DNA of 64,000 nt from Monocercomonoides exilis PA203 (Eukaryota; Protista; Preaxostyla), in assembly GCA_001643675.2 (NCBI GenBank), contig LSRY02000017.1:1116001-1180000 (forward strand), written 5' to 3'. The notes under the pieces were generated by a model, which saw only the letters and a list, made by a program, of their open reading frames with translations, was not told the origin of the DNA and did not search any database. Positions within the stretch are counted from its first letter, which is position 1; every line of letters begins with the position of its first letter. A program made the position numbers and the translations under genes. Positions 1 through 10,509 of the stretch are shown here, one piece after another.

Positions 1-229
1 GAAAATGGCGAACATGGGAGCTGCGGAGCCAAAAGTATTGTTCAGGATATCTATGATCCTTCTTGTATTAGGGTTTCTGTTTTATTTAGGCTACACACTT
101 TTCCCTGAGCCAAGTTTGTATTTTTGTCTCAATTTATGAAATGTGCGTATCTGTAATTTTTCTTTTTCTTTTTAACCATTCGTTCAACATCAAGATCAAG
201 TTGTGAAAAATAATTCCCCAAAAAGCTAA
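1..229 (+). CDS. 3' end of a gene with a C-terminal hydrophobic helix (tail-anchored, possibly SNARE-like); probably truncated by the window edge
   Basis: The frame reads ...KMANMGAAEPKVLFRISMILLVLGFLFYLGYTLFPEP, then a GTTTGT donor (~114) and an AAG acceptor (~194), then NQVVKNNSPKS-TAA (227-229). Confidence 0.4.
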
Positions 230-391
230 GTTATTGGCATTTTTCAGTTTTCCAACGTATAAATAGCACTCCTTTTTCTAAGAGATTACAAATCTCTCTT
301 TATTTTAGTGGTGACATTCACTTTTTATATATGATTGATGAAGTGATGAAGTGGAGGAAAAATAAAATTATTCTTAATATTTCTTTTCTCA

Positions 392-1580
392 CTACACAAT
401 TAAAACTGCATTCACGCAGCCATCATTTTCTGGATGATTTGTGATCTGCGCATATTTTCCTGGTCAATGTAAATAATATTAAGAGTAAAAATCAACAAAA
501 TTCGTCATTTTGTTATTTGAGAAAAAAATTGTAAAACAGAGATAAATTTCATCTTCATTTAAAAGATTCAAACCCCAAATGACTTTCCCAGATTGTGTAA
601 CAAGTGAAAGTTCACTGACGTTAACTTCAATAATTGTTCCTTTTGTAAGAATACCCAAAGAAGTGTACAATGGAGAAGAAGGGTTTTTCTTAACACCAAG
701 AATATCAAGTTGAAATGTCGTTTTAAGTTCTGGATGTGTAACGTTAGCTTTTTTGAACCTTAGTGCCATTGGACGAATAAAGCGTTCGTATTTAGGTGGT
801 TTTCTTGTGAAATCTTGACCAACAAATGTGGGCTTTGTAACAACACGTTTCCACATGCTCTCTATCAAAATACGTATATGCAATGACAAAAAATTAAAAA
901 AATTAAAAATTAACTGTTATATATTGATGTTTTAAAAGCAAACTTCTTCTTTTTCCTGTCTTTAAAACACGGAACATTTCCTGATCTGAAATTGCTTTTA
1001 CAGATTGGATTGGCATCGACCACTTTCCAGCCTTTTCTTTACGCAACTGTTTCAAAGTATTACTCAAAACTTTACTGCGAGTAACTTCTTCTCTATCCAA
1101 AAGATAAGCGGGAAGGGCTTCTTCGTTTGGAGGAGCAGAATGTTCAACTTGTTTTTCAGTTGTAACTTTAATTCTAAAGATTAAAAATATTGGCATAACG
1201 ATTTCTCAATTTAATAAATATTGTTCAAACTTTTTGCGCAGAGTTGCTTTTTCCTTATAACGTTTTTGATTATAAAGCTTCGCTCTGATCCCGTGAACAG
1301 TTTTTGCGAATTTTGCCTGCTTATGGATTTCACGAGCAGCTTTCTTTCGTCTATATGTTTAGATAACAAATGGAAATGATAGAAATGTGTTAGTATATAA
1401 TATTTCAACATTATTAAATCCAGAAAACTAAAAAGATCTAACTTTCTTTCCTCATGATCAAGACGCAGTCCTTTTCGTTTTTTGTGCAATTCATAATAAT
1501 CTCCTTGTGCCTATATGCATGTGCATATAAAATGATTAAAAAAACAATTTACATGATTATGAAAAACGCTAAGATACCAT
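392..1580 (-). CDS. NSA2: Ribosome biogenesis protein NSA2 (6 exons)
   Basis: Exons 1580-1578 (ATG only), 1510-1443, 1350-1231, 1173-944, 861-574 and 459-392 are all GT-AG and in frame. Product: [24 protein letters not shown]...KAGKWSMP...[43 protein letters not shown]...[22 protein letters not shown]. Confidence 0.95.
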
Positions 1581-1786
1581 TTCTGTTGATCAAATTTACC
1601 GATATATAAATATCTTGAAATAATAAAACAAGATTTCTTCTTTGTTTCATAATTTTTAAAATAAATTTTTTTTAAAAATCGCATGCTGAGTTGAAAAATG
1701 AAAAGACTAACCATAAACAAAAATTTATATTTATTTGTCAAAAGCCAAAAGATTAAGATTAAAGACATAATTATCAATTGGCAATC

Positions 1787-2695
1787 ATGATGTATCTCAT
1801 ACAATTATTATTGTCGCCCCAAATGAAGATAACAGCCATCTATTTGTTATTGTTGTTGTTTTTCGGATTCTTTTCTCAAGTTATATGCTTTATTCATGAC
1901 TACATTTTATTTATGCCTGCTGAGTTTGCTTTTCATTTTTGTTTGCAAAAAAAATTATTCGTTTGATTATTTCAAAAAGCTGTTGTTATGACTATTTTTT
2001 TATATGGGAATTATTTACTGGACTTTTCAGTTCTCCAACCATTTACAAAGCATTTTTCATGGCTGTGCTTGTTTTATTTTCAGGAAGGGTGACGGAGCCT
2101 CAACTTGGAACGAAAAATTATCTGCTACATGTTGTATTTCTTGGAATTGTTTCGAATTATGCAATTGTGATGATTTCACTTTTTATATTATGGATTGGAA
2201 ACCCTACACTCTTGTTTGTATTGTTCTTTGTAATTATGTGTATCCTGCTTATTATGACTTTCATTTCAGATATACTGATTTTTCAGGCTCCTATTCAATT
2301 GCTTTTGGAACAATTGCATTTTTGGCAATTAAACACTCAGATCAGCCAATTTTTGAAGGAAAATCATTTTTACAAAAAGTAACTTATAATGTATGTTCAG
2401 TAGTTATTTTTTAAATCATATTTCGATTATTGTTATATAAATCTGCATATTTTTCATTAAACAGGACTTCTTTTTTATTTCACTGCTTTTGACTTTGCCT
2501 CTTTCGGTTCACGAAGAATTGTTCGTCGTTCCTATTTTTGCTTTTGTATCTCCTCTCGTTGTTGCTGTGCTTATTGCTATCTTTCCAGAACGATATAATC
2601 AGCCAAAAAATGTTTCTTTGTGGAGAATAATAAAATCTTCCTATCATTTTCCATCAGTTACTCATTTAAGATCATTTTTTCAAAATACAGAGTGA
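1787..2695 (+). CDS. TMEM115/DUF1751-like multi-pass membrane protein (rhomboid-like pseudoprotease); 3 or more introns, 3' end uncertain
   Basis: Three GT-AG introns join four ORF pieces in frame. FFIWELFTGLF...SGRVTEPQLG...YTDFSGSYSIAFG resembles the TMEM115 WIWTL...GRLLEPLWG...HG motif order. Confidence 0.6.
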
Positions 2696-3002
2696 TTTGC
2701 ATTGTTGAAAGAATAATTGCGTTTTGTATTTTATTCATTTCAACTAAAATTTTATGGTTTGTTTTGCGACAGCGAATAATTATTCACATCATTATTTATT
2801 TGGGGAAAAATTAAACTTAGAAAGGAAAGTTGAAAAAACAAACAAACAAATTACATTAATTTTTAAATATGCAAATTTTTTAAAGACATCAAAGAATAAA
2901 CAACAACATACACTCAACAGAATTGATTATATTTAACATCACGCAATAAATCAATCCGCAAATGATTTGTAAGAAAATAACAAGCACAACAAATATTTTG
3001 TA

Positions 3003-4298
3003 TTACCCTTCTTTCGATTTCGTTTTCTGTGAAAAAGTCAGTATATGGTCTATGATCTGCGATGCCACTTCAGACTTTGAGCATTTCTCAATTTTTTTAA
3101 TACCATCGTTCCAGATCATTGTGATTTCATTTTCATCGCTTCCAAACGTTAATTCTTTTTTAGACACGTCATTCGCACAAATCAAGTCCAGTTTTTTCTT
3201 TTCCAGCTTAATTCTCGCATATTCTTCAACACGCTCTGTTTCAGCTGCAAAGCCAACAACAAACGGCCGACGAGTTGTTAGAGAAGCCACACTCTTCACA
3301 ATATCAGGATTTTTAACAAGTCTCAATGTCATAATGTCATCCGCTATAACTTCAGAGGTTTGCGATGGTACCGATGAAGAAGATGTCTCGACTCCTTCAC
3401 TTTTCTTAATTTTTTGTGTAGAAACATGCTCAGGTCGGAAATCTGAAACTGCTGCACATGAAATAAATACATTAACGTCGTTATCTGTTTCAATAATTTT
3501 ATGAACTGCTTCGTGCATTTCCAGTGCTGTAACAACATCAATTCTTTTCACTCCAACAGGAGTCTCAAGCGTAACAGGACCAGAAATTAGTGTCACTTTT
3601 GCTCCCTTTGAGCGTGCAGCTGCTGCAAGCGCAAACCCCATTTTCCCTGAACTTCTATTACTTATGTATCTTACTGGATCAATCGCTTCTTGCGTTGGGC
3701 CTGCTGTTATCAAAATGTGAAATGGATTTAATTCCGAAATAGAATTAAAATAATTTTCCACATTCTTAACAAGTTCTCCTGGCTCAAGCATGCGTCCAAT
3801 GCCAATATCACCGCTTCCAAGACGTCCCTTCTCGGGTCCCCAAATTAAAATGTTTCTTTTTTTCAAAGTCAACAAGTTTTCTTGTGTTGCTGGCGCTCCA
3901 TACATTTGGAAATGCATGGATGGAGCTACAGCAATTTGCGATGGAGTCGCAAGGCACACGCAAGTCAATAGATCATCTCCCATTCCGCTTGCCAGACGAG
4001 CTAGAAAATCCGCTGTAGCAGGAGCAATAAGAATAATGTCAGCCCATTTTCCAAGTGCAATGTGTCCAATGGATCCCGGAGTTGATCTATCAAAAATGTT
4101 GTCTTCAACGGGGAAATGTGTAACAGCCTGCATTTGGCCTGAAGTTACCAGTTTCTCAGAGTTAGGAGTCATCACAGCTCTCACTTCTGCTCCAAGAGCT
4201 TCGAGCATTCGAGCAAGCTCTGGGCATTTTGAAGCAGCAAGTCCCGCTGTTATTCCCAAAACAATGTGTTTTCCTTTCAAGATATTCTTTTTATCCAT
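3003..4298 (-). CDS. coaBC: Bacterial-type bifunctional phosphopantothenoylcysteine decarboxylase/ligase CoaBC (Dfp), intronless; decarboxylase motifs degenerate
   Basis: Motifs present: GHIALGKWAD, APATAD, ITAGPTQEAIDPVRYISNRSSGKMGFA, AAVSDFRP, KIKK, VVGFAAET, VEEYAR, LDLICANDVS. It is colinear with E. coli Dfp at a +4 offset. Confidence 0.95.
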   Translation of the reverse strand: MDKKNILKGKHIVLGITAGLAASKCPELARMLEALGAEVRAVMTPNSEKLVTSGQMQAVTHFPVEDNIFDRSTPGSIGHIALGKWADIILIAPATADFLARLASGMGDDLLTCVCLATPSQIAVAPSMHFQMYGAPATQENLLTLKKRNILIWGPEKGRLGSGDIGIGRMLEPGELVKNVENYFNSISELNPFHILITAGPTQEAIDPVRYISNRSSGKMGFALAAAARSKGAKVTLISGPVTLETPVGVKRIDVVTALEMHEAVHKIIETDNDVNVFISCAAVSDFRPEHVSTQKIKKSEGVETSSSSVPSQTSEVIADDIMTLRLVKNPDIVKSVASLTTRRPFVVGFAAETERVEEYARIKLEKKKLDLICANDVSKKELTFGSDENEITMIWNDGIKKIEKCSKSEVASQIIDHILTFSQKTKSKEG

Positions 4299-5524
4299 AA
4301 CAGCAATTCTATTTTTCCCACAATTAATTTTTTTAAGAAAAAATCTTTGAAAAAATAGGATTTTTTATAAACACATTTCAGTTGAATGATTATTTTTTCT
4401 TAACAAATTGCATTTTCAACAAGACCTTTGTGACAGAACGACATTATTTTTTCTGCTTTATAAGTCGAACGACACTAGACCTATTTTTGTTAGAATCAAT
4501 AAATTCAAATATGTTAACTAATCCTTTGCGACAATTAAATTTTTTGTGAATTGAGTCGGTCGAATTTGCAAAAGAATGTCGACAAACTTCTAATTAACAA
4601 GAACAAATTGTTTTTTGATTATAAACTTTTTTCAGAAATAAATAATTGTCAATTATTCATTTTTTTTTATTTTAATATATATTCCTACATTTTTTCCTCC
4701 ATTGTTTTGATTGTTCTGATGTCTAATTAAATAAAGGGATGGATCAAAATGCTTTTCCTGAAATAGCTCCATCAGGCTTGGTTTGCACTCTGTTAATCAG
4801 TGGATAAACTGTGTGTTCTTTGTTAATCTGCAATCTTGATCAAAAATCGTCTTTGTCTTTCTATTTTCGTTTAATTATTCAAATAAGATATACTTATAAT
4901 TTTTTCTCTATTGTTCTGCACAATTGTTTTATCACAAGATAAATAAAGTAATTTTTTCAAATTTATCTTTGAAATTGGTTGAATAGTGTTTTTTAATCTT
5001 CAAATTTACAAATATGTTTATCTGAAAGTTTATCTTGATATAATTTCATTGAATTAAGTTTTGTTTAATGATTTTCTTATAATAATTGTTTCATTTCCAA
5101 ATATAATTGTATATTATTAACTTATTTTTTATCATTACAAGGATTTAGTCTAACTTAATTCTTGTTATTATATTTTTTTTACAAACAATAGAAACACTTT
5201 TCAAAAAATCAGTGAGCTTTCAGTTGCTGACTCCTTTTTCAAATTTCTGATATTCCAGAATAAGTAATATTAATAAAATGGTTTGAAAAGTCAATTGATT
5301 GTGAATTTCTCGTTCTTTGTAAAAGACAGAAATTTCGATCAAGCTTGGTAATGAAAAATTAAAACAAGAAGATATATATGTTGATTTGGGAAAGTGTAAA
5401 AAAAAATATATTGCATTGACTATGTCGTATGTGCTTCAAATTTTTTATTTGTTAACTGTTGGTTGAAAGAAGGCTTTTTTTTAAGATTTTAGGGTCAGAC
5501 AATATATAAGTTTTTGATCAAAAG

Positions 5525-6503
5525 AGTGGCGTCCAAAGCCGATTGTGTGGTAGCGATGGAGATGATGCTGGAAAAGTTTCAAAAGAGAAAGGAGGACAAA
5601 GTGGAAGAGAAAAATAATGAATGGATCGTAGAGAATATGTGAGAATAATGTTAAATATTCAGAGACATCAGAACATCTGTTGAGTGAAATTTTCTCAACA
5701 GAAGATATTTTGGGGAATAACTCGGATTAGATCAAAGAATGGGTATTGGAAAAGGAAGAAGATGATGATGAAACAAGAAAGAGAACACCATCGCCATCTA
5801 TTTCATCCACTTCAACCACAGACACTTCAGACACAGATACAACTTTTGTTCGATCAGAGAGTCTGTGCCCCTCTACTTCATCGATGTCAAACTTGGTGGA
5901 TGCAATGGCATGTTCTTCGCCTCATGAGAAGCTGATTGTGGATCTGAGGGATTCGCTGTTCATGCTGCTGCATGGGTGGTACAAGAAGAAGGAGATGGCG
6001 ATTGGGACTGTGGAGGAGTGGATGGCGACAGGGGCGCAGATCCTGTTTTGGGTGGGGAATGTGGCGTTGCACTCGCTTGAAGACGAGGAAGATGAACTTC
6101 CCTCTTTGCCGAACCTGAGTCCGCACATTGTGCTGTTTTCAGAGCACATGGTGATCTGTATTGTACTCTACTCGGACTTCTCATCAGACTCAGATACCTC
6201 ATCTGCATCATCCACCTCCGCCATTGTCACATCTTCCTCTGATTGCTCAGCGTTCAACAAGAATGGAGAAACATACAGTTGCCTTCATCAGCATTTGAGG
6301 GAACAGACAATCAATTTGAGAGTTTGCGGTGGATGGCACCGGAGTTGCTGGAGGGGAGGAAGAAGCATTCAACAAAGAAGTCGGTTGTGTTTTCGATGGG
6401 GATGATGCTGCAGGAGTGTGTGGAGCTGGCAATCCCGTTTGGGGGTGTGAAACAGGTTGCTGGAGATACGATTCGGAGAAAAACCAAAGAAGATAGTAAC
6501 TGA
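5525..6503 (+). pseudogene. Relic of the cytoplasmic (pseudokinase) part of the giant receptor-like family
   Basis: Shares RKRTPSPSISSTS...SMSNLVDAMACSSPHEKLIVDLRDSLFMLLHG...NLSPHIVLFSEHMVIC and, after a frameshift near 6270, LPSSAFE...LRWMAPELL...KSVVFSMGMML with the two large genes. There are in-frame stops upstream (e.g. TAG ~5728) and no TM or ectodomain. Confidence 0.85.
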
Positions 6504-7458
6504 TGAGCCGTTTCTTGAGATGGTTGCGAGATAACAGAGGGAACTGATATTTCAAAATAATGAACAACGTCAAAAAAGTTATGTCATTTTCAACAGTTAT
6601 CAAGAAGATTTACAATATTTTCTTTATTAATTTATTGTTATTGTTATTTATTATTAATTTGTATCAATAACAGTACACCTTTTATATTAACATGACATGT
6701 CCTGGTGAATTTTCTTTTTTGGTGAAATTATCGAGTTAGAGACATGTTTTCCAATCTTTCTTTTGAACTTGGAGAAGTTCTAATTTTTTTTAATTTTGCT
6801 TTCTGACATTAATTTTTATTCAATTGTTCTCACACATTGAAAACAATAATTGCACATATATATATACGTCAATAAACAATTGAAACATATTGCGAAGATA
6901 AATTCACAAAAATAACAAAACTGAATGAACAAATGTGTTCTTTGTTGCAAATAAACGTTCGTTTGATTTGGTGATATGAAAAAATACAATATCTCAGAAA
7001 ATACATGGCTCACAGCAATTATTATCAGTTTTAAAAATCACTTGTCATTCAGAAGAATGAAAAATGTTCGAATTCGAAACGAATGTTCCACGAACATTGT
7101 TGAACGCATCGATTTGGATGAATAGCAAGTGAAAGCTAAGAAGATTATTTAAATCAAATAAATAAATATATATTCAAGCATTCATTCACAATCTTCAGAT
7201 GATTCAATAAAAAAAATTAAGCATGCCTTGTTTTTGTAACTCATTTGTCTTCTTTTTTATTGCTTTATGCTTAAATTGATGTTAAATAAAAAAAGTCAAT
7301 ATAAAAACAATTAATAAGGAAAAAATTCCAAACATTGTTAAAAAAACTGCAATATTTTGAAGGCATTATTATCAGGTTTCACACATTTCTCAGAACTCAT
7401 CACTGAAAAGTGAAAGGATTGCTTTTGCTATCAAATCTTTTATCTTAAAAAAGGTCCT

Positions 7459-10214
7459 TTATAAAAGAAGCAATGCGTTAAGTGTTTCTGGTGAAAACGA
7501 GTCCCTTCTGTCTCCAATAATTTGTCTTAAGCGAGAGAAAATTCTCTCACAAGATGCTTCGCTACAGGGAAACATTGTTAAAGAATAGCAAATATTGGCA
7601 AAAATTGTTGGAATAATTCCTTGCTTGCTGATTTCAGAATAGAAAACTTGAGAATTATAATGTTCCACGTGCAGAGAGTCGTCCAGAAAAATTGAAGAAA
7701 AGAATGCTTTGAGGCTCTCAATATAGCAAGAAGCTTTCAGACATGAAATTTTTAGAAGATAATCATTGAATGCTGACTTTAATCTGAGAAACCAATCCAT
7801 GCTGATTGTTTGTTGGATTTTGAATAGAGATTTCTTGATTTGTTCTGCTGACATTGTGCAATCAATGACTGAAAATTCATTTGCGCCAAGTTCTTCAACG
7901 TCTTTGTCATCTTCTGAAGTGTTTTCGACATTATCTGAGCATTTGTCTTCATCTTTTTTTGTTGAATTTTATTGCATGTCATGATCTTCAAGTTGTTATT
8001 GGTTTTTTCTTGTTTCGTAAAATGATGACTCTTGCTCACTTCTAACACAGAAAGGAGAATGAACCTCGATTTCATCATCAGCTGCATTATTTTCTGCTTG
8101 AATAATGCCTGCTTCATCGAAATCAATATCATAGAGGTTTTCATCTTCATTTGAAATTGCTTCTTTTTCAATAAGTGAATTTTCTGTCAAAAGAGTTAAT
8201 AAATGTAGTAAACTGTTGTTTGGTGTATAGATTGGTGAAGTCGATGATATGGAGTGCAAATCTTTTGGCAGCGGCTGAAATTGAACTTGTGTTTCAGTAA
8301 TTGCGTCTGCTATTTTATCTTTTTCTAGGCTTATAAATTGGAGAGCAGAATAAAAAGTCTCAACCGATAACGAAGAAGAGAATATTGGATGAGGAAATTT
8401 TGTTGGAAAATTAGTTTTTTCACTCTTTGAAAAAATGAAAGCGCATATTGTTTGTCTGTAAAAAATCCATTTTCGCTGTTCTTATCTTCCATTACATGAG
8501 AAAATGTTCGTAACTTTTTCTGTTGATTCTTTGTAAGCACAGAATTTGGGATTTCTTTTGAAGGACAAAGAAAGACAGAGTCACTTGGCTTAATATCTTT
8601 TGTGGATTGAATTGATGAACCGCAACGCATCCTTTGAATTTGAGTTTGATCTGAATCCTTTGAAAATGCAGATGAACATTTGAACAGCCTGTATTTTTCT
8701 TTCAATTTCATAAGTTCTGTTGAATAAAACTTTGAAAGCAAACCGTTTCTATATTCAAGAATACCAATTGGAGTTAAGGAATGAGCCAAAGCGATTTGAT
8801 CTCCTCGTTCTTTCCCTAAAAATGAATTGAACAGTTGGATAACAATAAAGCAAACTCCATATTGCCAATCGGGTGAAGAAAATTCCTCAAGATCTTGCAA
8901 CCATATGTATTGTGCAATGGATTTCAGAACATTGGGAAACACATCGCCAAGTTTTGTTTCATCGTTTTCAAAAAATAACTGCAGTTGTTTCAGAGGTGCA
9001 AGTAATAATTCACATCGGATCACATCATCAATTTTTTCTTTGGATAAAAAATTTGTAAATGACGCATTGTGAAGATTTTTTGTTATAAAACAACATATTT
9101 CGAAAAGACAAAGCCACCTCGTTTCTATGAAAGAGGGGCATTTCCGTAAAAACGGGTTCTTTGTTGATGATTTTCTTGTTAACTTTGAAAATGATGTAAT
9201 TTCTTCCTTTAATTGAACGAAAAATGAATAATCCTTTAAAAGGCGTATGACAATTAGATTGATTAAGTGGTTACAACAGTAAACAAATATCGGTGAAATT
9301 TTCTTCGGTGTTTCTTCGTCTGAGCACAACTTCGAATGATCTGCAAAGCTTTGAATTGCGAGTTTTTGTGGAAGCAAGCCGTCCGTGCAAAAACAGCGCA
9401 CTTCTCCTTTCAAATTCGAAACTTTTACAATAATATCACTAGCCAGATAGAAATAATCAGTGGTTGTGAAACATGCCTTTTCAATTTTCCAGAAAAATGG
9501 AGATGCCTTTGTCTGCAACGGAACAATTGTGATGACAGTGTATTTTTTTCCAGCAACTATCCCTCCGTCCATCATTACGGCAACCATTGAATTGAATATT
9601 TTTGAATTTCGTTCAGAAATTCTTTTCTTTCCTTCTTCTTGATTAAGTGCTGTCAGCTTTCTATATGTGAGAGAAGGAAATATGGTTGTAGGTGAAAGAG
9701 ATGGATTATGTTGAGATACAATAATTAATGAAGATATAAATTTATTAAATTCATTGGAGTAAGCAGAAAGAAAAGCAATGTTGCAATGACCAATTAAATG
9801 TAAATATTGCTCAACCAACGAATCAAATTGAAAATGAGTTGGAACAATTTTCTTTGCTGACGCTTCAGACAATCTTGAAGATGGATGAAACTTGAAATAT
9901 GGTAAAATTGTTGATGCAGTTGTCAATGCGCATCGATGATTCACAACTTTATCGCATCCTTTTCGTCCGGAGGTGGCACAATTGATTCCTTGTTTGCTTT
10001 TTGGACACAAGAAATAAATATGTCCATCTTTTTTAAGAGATCCATCTGTCTTGACAGGAGTATATGCCAGCCAAAGCTTTCCATTACATGTTTCAAAATG
10101 AATCTTTCCAATTTCTTCTCCAGTATTGTTTGGGTGTTTGTAGACTTGTTTTAAAGCAGAAAAATGCAAATTAATCTGAGTGATATTTAATAAGAAACAT
10201 ACAATTTCCGCCAT
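7459..10214 (-). mobile_element. hAT-superfamily transposase pseudogene (~920 codons; one frameshift, two internal TAA)
   Basis: Motifs are in hAT order: VMMDG (D1), FCTDG (D2), YCCNHLINL (CxxH), ETRW, then the C-terminal dimerisation motif MFPCSEASCERIFSRLRQIIGDRR..FSPETLNALLLL. ORFs 8331-10214, 7996-8259 and 7459-7854 join via a -1 shift near the T6 run (~8430-8435) and read-through of TAA 7996-7998 and 7969-7971. Confidence 0.88.
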
Positions 10215-10450
10215 TGGATGATTTTGTTCTTATTAATTCCACGAAAGTGCATTCATTGTTCTATAATTCCTCAACTTTTCTTTCAAACGCTTCAAGCTGC
10301 AAAGATGAATCATATTTAAAAAATAAATAATTACACATGCTGGGATAAAATGAGATTGCCAAACAATATTTTTCGCTGACATGCATTTTTGTAATTCAAT
10401 AGGCATTTCTTTGATAAAGTCATTTTTAGTCATTTAACTCATTTTTCAAA

Positions 10451-10509
10451 TGATCTCGACAAACCGACTGATCTCAACAGACGGACTGATCTAGACATGA
10501 TCAAGTCGA
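10451..10509. repeat. Degenerate 18-bp tandem (subterminal-like) repeat upstream of the transposase
   Basis: TGATCTCGACAAACCGAC / TGATCTCAACAGACGGAC / TGATCTAGACA / TGATCAAGTCGA. Confidence 0.7.

Noticed and set aside
3003-4298. Bacterial contaminant contig
   Set aside because: It is contiguous with spliced eukaryotic genes, has host-like composition and a Ser insert, and has no operon neighbours such as dut. Read-level confirmation is still advisable.
7390-8000. TAA read as Gln (transposon from a host with a reassigned code)
   Set aside because: The first ~600 codons contain many Gln and no in-frame TAA/TAG, and host genes here end in TAA/TAG. Point mutation is simpler.
8395-8450. Non-canonical AT-AC/AT-AA intron in the transposase
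   Set aside because: There is no U12-type ATATCCT donor. A one-base frameshift restores a continuous plausible frame without splicing.
10451-10509. CRISPR-like array
   Set aside because: The units are short, degenerate and without unique spacers. The context is eukaryotic and there are no cas genes.
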